64,000 nt of DNA from Ptychomitrium polyphyllum. Lineage: Eukaryota. A program made the translations under genes and the position numbers. The notes under the pieces were generated by a model, which was not told the DNA's origin, did no database searches, and was given only the letters and a program-made list of their open reading frames with translations. Positions 36,517-56,199 of the stretch are shown here, in pieces. The stretch lies in contig OZ316775.1 of the NCBI GenBank assembly GCA_973851085.1, forward strand, positions 6,200,001 through 6,264,000. The letters are read 5' to 3'. Position 1 is the stretch's first letter; each line of letters starts with the position of its first letter.

Positions 36517-37703
36517 ATGCAGGCGTGGAATAAGCTCCCTTCCCGCATCTCACCTAGCAAGCTCGAATCCTTGACGTCTTTTCACCAGTTTAGGGTTTCT
36601 AGGGAGATTGCATGCGGTGGTGCATGTCAAGGAAAGCATGGCCTGAGCAATGTGGGAAGGATTTACCTTAATTCTTCACCGACGTTGAGGATGTCAAAAG
36701 ACTCGGCTCATATGTCAGATATGGCAAGCAATTGTCTGATGTCTGGGGCAGATAACTCGGCTGCTGCCGCCGCTGCGTTGTCAGTCCCACAAGCAGAAAT
36801 TTGCGTTGCAAACGCAGAGTGTGTGACAGCTGCAGAATTAGGGTCAGCGGAGGGCCTAGCTAAGTGGCTTGAGGAAAGGATACCCGCAGAGAAGCCGTGT
36901 ATCAGTTCCTGGGGAGTGGATCCAAGGACCAAACGAGTTGCCAATCTTTGGACCGAGTTAGTCGATGGCGAGATCTCTCTGGAAGATTCAAAGCCACCAA
37001 AGAGGACAGTGCATGTAGCATGCGTGAAAGTCCGGAATGAAGTTGGAATGTTCTTAATTGAGTCTCATCAGGTACTTTCTTAGTGTACCTTCTTTATGGG
37101 AACTTCTGCAGTGGAACGTGTAGTTTTGTACTGAGTTCTATAGCTTTTACTGTCCACGCTTTGTAGTCCTCCCTGGTTCCTTGTATTGATGTTCTTCATG
37201 TAATATTGTATCAGGAGATGGATGATGGGCGGGTAAGGCCAAGGAACAGACCATTATCTGAGAAAATGCGCCCTGGTGAGACAGTAGAAAATGCATGCAG
37301 ACGAGGGGTGTTTGAAGAGCTTGGACCTGAGATGGGCAATTGTGACCGGGTCCAGATGATACTAGATACGTATCAACGGGAAGAGGAGGAAAGAGACTCG
37401 TTTTCATATCCTGGGTTGTTGACACGGTATGTGTTACATACTATGGTGGCTTCAGTGCGAGGCCTTCCTAGCTCTGATTTCTGCACACAGGAGGATGAAG
37501 GAAAACCTTGCAGTGCCCCTGACACAAATGGAGCTGCATCAAACGGAGTGGCAACAAATGGAGCGGCAACTAATGGAGCCTCAATAGCAAAATCGTTACA
37601 GAGTGGACATGTGCATGGGAGCGGCTGCGCGGTAGGCGTGAAGAAACACTACTGGAAATGGGTTACAGATGTTGAGCTGGATACACTTGTGAAGAGAAAG
37701 TAG
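36517..37703 (+). CDS. Uncharacterised conserved plant protein with a divergent Nudix-like fold (up to 347 aa), 2 exons (36517-37071, 37215-37703)
   Basis: Phase-0 intron CAG|GTACTT...TCAG|GAG. Motifs: L..WL...SWG..P.TK.V.NLW.EL.DGEISL.DS.PP.RTV, LIESHQEM.DG.VR.R.RPLSEKM.PGE, RRGVFEELG, S.SYPGL..RYVLH, VKKHYWKWV. The true start could be a downstream Met (e.g. 36691). Probable 5' UTR intron 35702-36293. Confidence 0.85.
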
Positions 37704-39147
37704 GTGTGACCATCAACTGGAGCTGATAAGACAATTTTGGCCTCTGTGAAGCTTGCAGCGACTCTGGATTTTGACTCGGTAGGATAAAGTTTGGTAGCAT
37801 CATTGGAAGAGGAATAACAAGGCTGGTTTGAATAACAAAGCTGGTAAACGAGGATTTTGTAGCATTTATGAAGAGGCAAACTCGAGGAACCCTAATCTCC
37901 TGAACCTGGCGAGCGTTTTCCTGTAGTGCTTATGCGTGTACCGGTATTCAACTCCACACCGTTGTGCAGAGCAAGGGTTCTTGAAATGGATTGAGTTCAG
38001 AGCGTAGGTGCATACGCAGGGAATCATCAGAGCGACATTCTGGTTCTGCACCATATCTGCAGTACTGGGTGCATTGAGTTTGTCTTATATATAGATTTGA
38101 TTTTGGTTTTGTGCATTATTTACCAAATTTTGGCTTTGTAGGATACGTTTGTATAGAGTTGTCAGAAACACAGCATTGTTTACAGTTCAGCCTCAGAAAA
38201 CAATAAGAAATGTTACCGAAGCATTCAATTTTTTTGAGAACCTTCTATTGCACCTTGTCATAGTTGGCAACTACAGTAGTGTGTCCTAGTCTTTTTCTTT
38301 TGTTTTTAAAACAAAATTTCTGTTTTTGAGTGTTTCCAGTTTTGACATAATTGCCACTGAATATAGTGCGAATACAGTGCGAGGTTATATATTTTGTTTT
38401 TGTACATGTAGTTACAAAACCAAGATCAATGTATACACACATAAGTGAGATTTTTACTGTACAAATGTTAAGCTTGACAAGCAGCATTACTTGGAAGATC
38501 TTCAGTTCAAATTGCGAGGGCGTCCGTCCGCAAGAGCGAGGGACTTATAAAAGAAATGCGGGCCAGTCACGGCACAAAGTGGTTTGTGGTATTAAAGCAG
38601 GCGTCTTTTTCTTCGGCTGTTCAAACTTCAGTGTCCATCGGTCTGAGGATAACACATCTGATTGAAAGCTGCACTTAAAAAGGAAGTAGCAGAAATGCAA
38701 CGTCAGCGCAGAGTGCACCTCTGAGCTCACATGAAACAGTGTTACCTGTTTTTGTGGTCATTATATTGCTGAGTTGTACAAAAACACAACATATTGTAAA
38801 CTTCATCTGTATCGAATTTTTAAAAATAGTGTGCATATTGGACTCATTTTTTTAGCAGTAGGAAACCCCATCCTTTGCTAACAGGCTGTCATAAGTACCT
38901 CATCGCTTGCTAATCTAAGTACCAAATGTAGTTTTACACGAAATGAAGTAAAGAATAAAGGGATTCAGCTCCCTTGATTCTAGGATGACCTTGCTGAAGA
39001 ATGGTATGTCCTTTGATTGATATTACATTATACTCATACTCACTGTAAATCTGTCAATGTTACCACATTTTTTTATCATCACCTTCTCCAACTCCTGATG
39101 TTATTTTTCCACAAGAAGAGTTTGAAAGCAGGTGCTTTAAGGAAGTT

Positions 39148-40900
39148 TTAGTGTGAAATTACATTCAAAGAATTAACATTGTGATTTCTTTCATTGAGGA
39201 CCAGGACATCTTCATCCACCATCCTCAGTCCCGGCGCCCGTCTGCCGGAACCCTCCGAAATCATTTTGTCAAGGAATGCTTTCCTTGGGGGCATGGACCG
39301 TACGATGTTCAGGTAGGAGTCGTAATGATCCGACTGTTGCTCCCATTTTTGTCTCTGTATTTTGTCAGCAACAATCTCCTCAGAGGTCTTCGAGTTCTCC
39401 TTGGCATGGTCTCTGCCAGACTCACATATACTCCTGCACTTCTTAAGATATGGTTTTGCTCCTGGGGTGGGAGCTTTCTTAGAAATCGTGCTGGGTTCCT
39501 TGCTCATATCTGCAACACCAGTGTGAGATCGTTCCATGTCATGCATTTAAGCCACAACGAAAGGAAAGGAACCTTTCATTGAAATTGAACTGCATGAAGC
39601 ATCCTAATGACTAATGAGATCATCCAACTCCCATTGAAATATCTGGAGTTCTAAATTTCTGCAGGGCAAGGGGTGGCCTTCAAAGATATTCTACGTATCA
39701 TTATCTCAAGCCAAAGATATACGACATAGTTCTTTATCGGCAAGAGAAAACCTTGGACACCAAAGTATAATAGTTTCTCAGACTGAAACCAAAAAAGATG
39801 TCAGATACAAAGCGCTGTTGTTTAATAAAATACCTCACTTTGATGTGGATATCGGAAAAAATTGGAGGACAGCAACAAAACCTGCCCAGGATGTATGCAG
39901 GCTTTTGAGTGATTAGAGATCCAGCTGCTACCTTGGCACCCTTCTCGACAACTGCACGATCCAAAAGGGTGGCACCCATACCCACAAGTCCTTCGTCCTC
40001 TACAGTGCAAGCATGGAGCACAACATTGTGTCCTGCAACCTCAAATGCCACAATATAAGCCACTGCCATTTCTAAGCCGGAAGCCTCCACATTTATGTCC
40101 TCGAGACATGCCCTGAACGGTACTTGAACCATCTCAAAACCCTAAAGATTTGAAACTATCACAAAGTGAAAAACATTGTGGTGTTTGAGAAACACAGAAG
40201 CTTTAAATCAAGGTCTTGAAATCCACCAGTGGCGATTCTGCTTCCGATGACAGTAGGCGCGACATTGCCACTCACATTAGTTTTAGCAACATGAACCATA
40301 GTATAGTCTTGGATGTTTGTTTCTGACCCTACTTAGATGTGGTGCACATCACCTGCAAATACCATTACAGAGCATAAAGATAGAAAGAAATGTATTCCCT
40401 CAAATCTCCCCCACGCATACTGATACCAGGGTCCAATCGTCTTTCATAAACAGCAGGCACAGTTAAACATATAGTTTCCATAAGTTAGTTGTAAAATAGG
40501 GTTCTTTCACCTCGGAACACACAGCCATACCAAACGGAAGACTTCCCTTCAATTCCGACGTCCCCCATCACAGAAGAACTGGGCGCAACAAACACCGACT
40601 TCGTAAGAACAGGAGTTTTCCCAAACACATATATGACAGTACAATACCTCGTTGCTGCACAGGTAAAAACACATATAAACTCATATAAACACTGACCGTA
40701 GAGATCGCAAATGCCTTCATCCATGATCACTTACCTGCTCACAAAACTCCTTGAAACTCCAAACCTTGGTTATAATCTTTGCTGTGCACTAGAAACGGCG
40801 TACACTTCTCTCACGAGTCCTCTTTGCAAGGAGCTCCAGCAACGCCTCGCAAACGAGAGCCAAACTGATCGAGAGCTTGGCTTTGCGAAGCTCGCAACTC
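39148..40900 (-). pseudogene. GAMMA CA: Gamma carbonic anhydrase (mitochondrial complex I CA-domain subunit) pseudogene retaining introns
   Basis: Exon remnants: SQALDQFGSRLRG (about 40846-40884); 40654-40511 (FVAPSSSVMGDV...SSVWYGCVFRG); 40352-40227 (DVHHI*VGSETNIQD..VHVAKTNVSG, TAA at 40333-40335); 40032-39882 (GHNVVLHACTVEDE..VGMGATLLD, 151 nt, i.e. a -1 frameshift); last exon HAKENSKT.EEI..DK..RQK......YDS.L.IVR..PP (about 39285-39410). Confidence 0.88.
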
Positions 40901-40956
40901 GTCCTGACAGTGGTGTCTCCATGCTGCAATACAGGTCTCACCTTTCCTCTCCCCAT

Positions 40957-40991
40957 GCACGTCGCACGTCGCACGGCGCACGTCGCACGTC
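40957..40991. repeat. Tandem 7-mer (GCACGTC)x5
   Basis: gcacgtc gcacgtc gcacggc gcacgtc gcacgtc, immediately upstream of the gamma-CA remnant. Confidence 0.9.
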
Positions 40992-41329
40992 CCCAAACCC
41001 ATGCAGATATCGATTGCTCCTGCATTTCTTCATGGCTGAATTTCTGCTGCTTTTGCTGATCACTCCTCACATATCTACCCACAAGTCTGCTGCTTTTGTA
41101 GATCAAACTAACCCGTTATCTACCCACATCTAGATTTCTGCAATCTACAACAGGCACAATAGCTGGGAATATGCAGGGGAATAGGTTCCCTTACTTTAGT
41201 TGGTTTGTACTTTGGAAGGCTTCAAGGTAGATGCCTTGCAATCTTCTAAATGACAGTTGCAAAGGAGAATCTGTTTTTGGAACTACGGTGTGAGTGATTT
41301 TTGAAAGAATAGAGATGCAATTCATGGAA

Positions 41330-44300
41330 CAAACAATATACAAGAAACATTGTCCATAATACTAATCAATAATGGATAGTTTAATGGTTATGAATTTTTA
41401 ATAAATATTTCTTTTTTTTTACATTTTGAGTAATTAGAGTGTTGAAAGGAAGTTGAAACCAAAGATTGAAATGAACTACTACTTTTGAAACTTGCTATAA
41501 ATACCAACTTGAATTCAATTTTGACAATAATGTTTATACTTTAACTAATGGAATGGAATTCCATAAGATAATGTAAGTGGAATATAGTCCACCAACATTG
41601 AACAAACCAATTTATGGAATGTAGAGGAAGTTGAAGATAAGAGTTTCTCATATTTTCTTGTTGGGTCTTTAGTTTAAATGACAATTATGTGATTGATGGA
41701 TATACATGAAATTAATTAATAGAAAATCTTAATAGAAAATTTTAAAAATAGAATTTTCAAATATAAGGTTTATATTTGGCCATGAATTATAATTATCATT
41801 AATAAAGCTATATATAAAGCTAAATCATATATAAAGCTAAATCATCATTACAAACTATAAAATTCTTAAAATACCAAATAATACATTGTCAAATGCAACA
41901 AATGCCTCTTATATAATAAATACCTATAAATACAATGTTATATGTTATGTAGACTCCATACATTTGAAATATAATTTTTATGTAAGTTTTTTAAATGAAA
42001 TTTGTCTCTTAATTTATTTATTTTTAATGTACATAAGATTTTTATTATTAATATATATAATGAAATAGTAAATATTTGGAAATACATATATAATTATGTA
42101 TAATCAATTATAATACATGTATAATTAACTACATTATAACCATATATTAATGTAAAACTGTTAAAATAACGTATTAGAAAATTGCTTGAATTTTATTTTA
42201 TAAATTTTTATTGCAAGAAATTGTTGATTACTGAATAGTGCATCAAAAGAAATTTTTAGAAATCTTCTATATACACAAATTGTTTAATAAGAAGCTAAAA
42301 AATAATTCAAACCTGAATATTTATATATATTAGTATGAATGCCCATTAATTCTTGAACTAGTTAATTTCTAAAAATTAAAGGAAATTCTTGAATTTGGAT
42401 TGTTTTACAACACTAAGATCTTCATCCATTGTCTTATAAATTAATTTAATATCTTCATGCATAATAATCCTTAAAGTAACAAATGGAGATATTTTTGTTT
42501 TAATTTTTTACATCTTAAAAGGCTATAAAGATGATTGATTGGCATGTTCATTTATATATCTCCCAAAAGACACAATAACAAGTAATGCCATTTTTAATGA
42601 TAAAATAAATAATTGAAACAAAAATTTTAAGGTTTATTGTAATTTAACATTTCAATTGTTTTTTTTGTAAATTTTAATATCATTTCAATTACAAATATTT
42701 TAATACCAAATGTTTAAGAATTTAGAAATATATCCATTCATTACAATTATCTTTTTTCTTAGAAAATTTCTCTTAGGATTTTTGAATTTTTTTTAACAAA
42801 TAATATTTTTAATTCTTTTTGAATTGTAGTTGAATATACAAAACATGATTTGTAAAATAGGAAAATTCCATTTACTTAAAATCCATCTTTTTTTGTATTT
42901 GTAATTTTTTTATTAGAATATGAACTATAACATATTTAATGAACAAAATTGTCATAATTATTAAATACTTATCATTGATATTTTTTAATTTTTTTCTAAT
43001 AGCTCATTAGTAATAGTTATATCAATATTTAGCATCAAAATCTTGCAATACATGCATTCTTTCATAGTTATGCAACAAAAACAATTCCTTATAGCTACAC
43101 AATATAATTATTCTCATGTGGCCCTTCTTGATTCTTTTAAATTGTGGCTTTTCAACCACTAACTATGACAATTTTGTAATATCCATGCAAAACATTATTT
43201 TTGGTTAATAATGCCACCAACATAAAATTTATTAAATAAAATGAATGTTTTTATTGAATGCATAGCCAATAAGTATATTTATGAAAATATCTTTGTTACA
43301 TATAATTGGTAAATTATTCAAATTACAAAAATTTATATAATTTTCAAAATAATGAGTGCACATAGCAATATTAGCCAAAAATAATATAATATTTTATTCT
43401 AATAAGCTTAGCTCACAATACTATATTTAAATGTACATCAGTCACAAACTAATATTCTTTATTTTTAAATAATATTATCTTATGAATTTAATATCATTAT
43501 ATTGTATCTAATGATATCAATGCACAACATTTTTGTAATGAATGTTTAAAATGCATATAACTAAGTTTAAGCTCTGGATCCAAATTATAATTAATTGGAC
43601 ACTTAGTTAATATTTTTTGGTTAATTAATATTATTACTTGAAGAATTAGCCACTTACTATCTATTATTTAGCTATGTTAGCCAATATTGTATCCATAATT
43701 ATTTTATGTTCTAAATTCATGAATTTTTTAAAATTAATATAACAATAAGTTGCTATAGTATATACTTCTATTTTTCAAATATGTGTTTTTGTACAATTTA
43801 TAAACAAACGTAAAAGTTTGTATATTCACAAGAAAGATCTAATAATATACATACAATTTAACAATACATCATGTACAAATTTTAAATTGAAGAATATTAT
43901 TTATTTCCAAAAATAATATATATAAGTATATATATAATTTTTGTATATATTTATAAACCTTTAATATAACTAAAAGCCTTAATTGTGGAAGACATTAAAA
44001 TATTATACAAAACTTGGATCTATTAAGATTATAAACATGCTTCTATTTAAAGTACTAAGGTGATTAAACTTTGATACAATGAAAGAGACATATAAAAATG
44101 AAACATTCAAAAAATTTGAATATTTATGGTATATTTCATTAAATTTATCTTTATATTACCGATTGCAATAATCATTAATAATTCATAAATACTACAATTT
44201 TTATCAATAAATACTATGTACACTTCAAGATTCAAAAGGTAAAGAATGATAATTTATACTATTTATAATATGTAGCATTGCTACTATAGTTAATAGATCA

Positions 44301-45500
44301 ACATTCTAAAAATATAATACATATTAATTTTTAATTTAAATTTCAAAATCAATGATTGAATATAGAAAAACTATTTAGTCAAATAAAAAATTATTGACAA
44401 TATAATTAAAATCAAACTTGTAGTGTAATCCTTTATTTAAAATATATAATTATTTACAAATATAACCTCATATCTTTGAATAAATATATTAGATTGAGCT
44501 TCAATTTTTTGAAAAATTTAAATTTAAATGTACAAATGAAAAAAATAGTTGGAACCTTAAAAGAATATAATAATATATATAAAGATAGAAGAAGAAATAA
44601 CTCCAAAATAGAAATTGTTTAATTTCTTTTGAAATCCATTTCTCTTCCTATCACCATTTCATCTTCCTTGTCATTTCTTTTTAAATTTTATTTGTCTTTT
44701 TTTTTTTGTAAATACGACTATATTTCTTTCATTTCTTCCTTTCTAAAGCATTTTTTTCTTTCCTTCTATAAAATCATCTTTCTTATCATTTCTATTAATC
44801 TATCCTTCTCTTTTTCCTCCAAGCATTTTCTTTCAACCCCTATTTTTCTCTTTTCATTTATTTGCCTTCAAGCTAATCTTATTTCTATTCTTGGCAAATG
44901 AAAAAAAAAAAAAATGAGTAATTTGTGCTCATCTAGTATTGAAATTATTAAAAATATACATTTAAATTTTTTGTTATTTGCAAAGTTCATTATAAATAAT
45001 AAATTTAATGATTTAAAATTTCATTAATAGTCTAAATTCCATTGATGGTTTAAAAGCCAAATATTGTCCATGGATGATCAAATTAAAATTGATACAAGCT
45101 ACAACTTGAAATTAACAATAATTAAAATACTACAAAATTGAGTTCTTTAGTATTTCTTTATACTATTCAAAATACATACAATTTTAATAATTCAGAACTA
45201 TGCTATTTATGCAAATTAAGAATACAATAATCCATACAATATTCAACTAATCATGTAGTATTCTTTATATCCTTTTTAAACATTAAAACACTTATAAATA
45301 GTGCCAAAAATCACACGACCAAGATTTCATTTTATCAACAATAGTTCTTGAAATAATCAGCTATAATCTACAAATCAAACAAACATTCTTTTTATAATTG
45401 CCAAGATCCATGATCATACAAATTTAAGTATTAAATATCATACTACATCCTCTACATCCTCACCATGATGTAGAACTACAATCTAAAAAGATAGCCTACA
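41330..45500. other. About 4.2-kb extremely AT-rich, CpG-depleted block (heavily mutated transposon or heterochromatic relic)
   Basis: Visibly A/T-dominated with almost no CG. Short local duplications such as ATATATAAAGCTAAATCAT x2 (about 41810-41846). Only low-complexity ORFs. Confidence 0.55.
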
Positions 45501-46902
45501 AAAATGACCATTACTCTTCATAACTCATGTTGCACGCATACAAACGTCCCCTCACCCTCCTCACTCAAAGACCAAAGTACATGAATTTCCTCACCACTAC
45601 TATGTCTCACCCTCAAAGAACACCAACAATAAAGGCTTCAGCCTCTGCTTAACCCGAAGCCTCAGCAATTTTCCTGAGCGCCTAAAAGAATTACCAACAT
45701 CACTGTCCTCGAGGGGGAACGGGGGCCAGGATTCTCCGAATATTCCGCTACTCTCCACGTGGCGCGGAATCTTCATAGTATCAGTATTCGACGAGATGGG
45801 TCACGCGGAGTTGGCATGGCGGCCTTGCAATCAAAACACAGCGCCCCCGTCGAAAACGACGCAAAGACTCGCACACGCTCGCCTGGCATGAGTTGACATT
45901 GGTGCCGTCGAGAACTCCTTGCTAGAATCTAGAGGACACCTTCCGTCGTGCCATGATCGTCGGCGCTGCAGCCTTTGGGATGCCCACTGCACTGTACACA
46001 ACAGTGCGCTCGAGGAAGGAGACTTTTTCCTGCAGGAGAGGGCGCTGGCAACTTCGATCCCACAGCACGGGCTCCAGGATGGTCCAGATCACGTGTGACA
46101 CATACGTTGACTACATCGGCCGGGAGTCCGCGTGGAGTGTTCGACAACCGAGTGGAATGAGGGGATGGAATGGGATTGACGTTCGTTTCAACACATGAAA
46201 CTGGTTATCTTGGAAATGTGGTTGCGTTAGGAGTATTCTGGTTTCAGGGGCTCCAGGGATGCAGAGTGGTGCCGAATGATGCAGAGCTGAATGAGGCTGA
46301 TCGATGTTGATATCCGCTTCAGTGTGGACTCTGGTGTTGCAGGTTGAGTTTTCAAGTTGAGTAGTTGGTGGTTGTATTCGGAGACACGGATGAAGTAAAG
46401 AACGATTGCGGACGGACTGATCGTGCTGCAGTTGCAGTTGAGGCGAGTACTGATCGCCGGTCGGCTGGTTCAATAGATGCTGGGCAAGTGTGATATGAGC
46501 TCGGTGAATTCCGGGCAAATGGACATGGGAAAGGGCATTAAGTATTAAGGTCCTTGAATTTAGAGAGCAGCATTAGCAGAGTCGAAGTACCGTTGACTGG
46601 ACGCTCTGACCGACCACAATGGTGACGATACCAGGATGCAACTAGGGTAGTGATGGAACGTGTAGCTGTACACAGGGGCGGGTTGCACTATGGTCAGGTA
46701 AACCTATGTCACCACTTTGTGAAAGTTGACATACCAGCAATCACAAAGTTCATAGTTATAGAGTGAGGATATACGTAAGGATATATTGCAGTGAAGCTCA
46801 ACATCCAAAGCTACAATTTTTTTAGTGTGGGAAAGTTTCGGTGGAGGTTATGAATTCTGCCCTTCTTAACTCACTTGCTCTGTAGTCGATCCAAGGGTGG
46901 CT

Positions 46903-54030
<7,128 letters not shown>

Positions 54031-56199
54031 TAACCTGTAATTTGGATTTTTATGTACCACTATAACGTCGCTTTTCTCAAAACCCACGGAATCAACCATT
54101 TCGAGCCAACGGCTTGGAAGCTAGTCCTAGAAGGAAGCTTACAACTCAACGCGGATCTCACCTTCAACAGGCCCTGACTTGGTCTTGTAACACCAACACA
54201 GCCGAGAAACATGAATTGATACTTCTAACCCCGCTGGCGCTCACTTTTGGGGTTCGAGGTATTGAATTGTGTAGATTCGTTGGAAGTTTTGCTCACAATG
54301 GGAGGACTGAAGTAAGGCCTGCCTATTCATTCATTTGCGTGCAATCCACGCATTGTACACTATCTTTCAAACCGAATTTAACCATTCCTTTTTGCGTCTT
54401 CTGAACCTGGATCTTTCACTAGAATCTTAAGTATACTGAATCCATTGGTTAGTTCGAGAGAGATCACGAGAGGGGAAACCGTGCAGCATCAGTCTCCTTG
54501 CTTCGGTGGTATTCATTTAACTTTGAAGGCTTTTAAAGAAGAGTATATTCTGTCCAAGATTTATTTGAACAGTATTGTAGATGCTTGATAGAATGCCTAA
54601 TGTTCCATGTTGATCTCTTCTTTCCAGGACACCTTGTTTTGTCATGGTCAACAGGTTCAAGGATATTCATCTGAATGTCGTTCAGATCCCTGACAAAGTT
54701 GGGCACAAGCAGGGTTTTGCTGTCCAACCACGTCCCAAATAACCCCTACTTGATCTGCAATGTATGCGTTTGCACCCATAACAGTGACTGGTAATGGACA
54801 GCCATAGAGATGCCCTGTGTGGTGATGAGTCAGCAATGACACTCCTTACAGTTGAAGAACTGCGAACCTGGAAAACATAGCCTCTTTTCCAGTCTATCAC
54901 GAGCACCATGGACCAGATGACCTGCCGCACGTGCTGGACTGTGGTTACCAATCTGTACGAATTACCTCCAACATGAGTTGAAGGTGACGCTAGTGCCTTT
55001 GGCACAGTGGTGTTAGAAACTTATGAGGCATGGATTTGGTGATTGAAATTGGAATTAATGCCAGTTTGCTTGAACAGGCTCCCTTCACAAATGAGATTAC
55101 TTCAGTGGTATGATGCCCAATGGATGCTTGAGATACCATCCATGGTAGATGAATACAGTAAATAGTGCTGAAAACCCAGTTCTGTAAGAAGAGATGTAAG
55201 GCATCCCTTGGTGTCAGCCACACTAACTGAATCAAAAATGCTATAACTTTTTACACGAGATAAATATTTTTGTCAATTATGTTCATAGATGTCCTTTTCC
55301 ACATTGTAATATCTTTACTCTTGGAAAAAAAGTTCATCTTGCATGAACAGCTATAGCTTTGAATTAGTGTAAATAATTTACGTGCTCAATACAAAAACCC
55401 CTAAGCAATGCATGACTAAATGCATTGCTGCAAGTCTGAATAGAAAAATAATATGTGCCTGTGGTAACAAGAACTTAATGGTCAGTTAGGATTCTGCAAC
55501 CTTCTTGGGGTCCCTCATTGCAGTCATAACTGCTTAGCCCCTGCTTCCCTACATCATCCTTACCATCCCACCTCCTGCTTGAGTTGGAATTGCAATACTT
55601 TCTCCGTCCATGAACAAATATTATCAATTCCAGTCTTTAAAACAAGGAGGACAGCAGACAGGGCCACATGGAGACCAAGTCCATCTGCTCACAATTTTCA
55701 CCAGGACATGAATCCACATCATTGCACTCTGGTATCATTATCAAGGTGCACTTCTTCCTACACATGAATTTGTAATCAAATCAGCTTGTGCTTTGTATAT
55801 TTGTCACCAAGGATCAGGTGGATATGGTCTGGGGGTGTGAGCAGAAGCAAATAGCACTAGGAAATGGCAATCAATTCTCTCCTGAACTGCTAATACCAAC
55901 AGTAGTAGCTCCAAGCCCCACTTTTGCTTAGTTAGTGTAATGCTACTTAATCTTGAGTCTCTAGGATGTGAGTGGTTGAATTAGATAAGTTATAAATAAT
56001 CCAATGCCTACCTGTATTGTTAGACAAATGAACCATTTTTTATCCTGGAAATTGAGGTTTGAAGGCAACTCACTGTTCATCCGGACCAAGAATTCCTTGT
56101 TTCATGAGTCAAGATTGATTTTTGGATGTGCCTTCTTATTTCCTAGGTGCTGAACTTTACAAAGTTTCACCCACTTTTTACCATTTCACTTAGAATTGT

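Noticed and set aside
40333..40335. Rescue of the gamma-CA stop codon by RNA editing or readthrough
   Set aside because: This is a nuclear gene, and U-to-C editing is organellar. An independent frameshift and a degenerate exon 1 also break the ORF.
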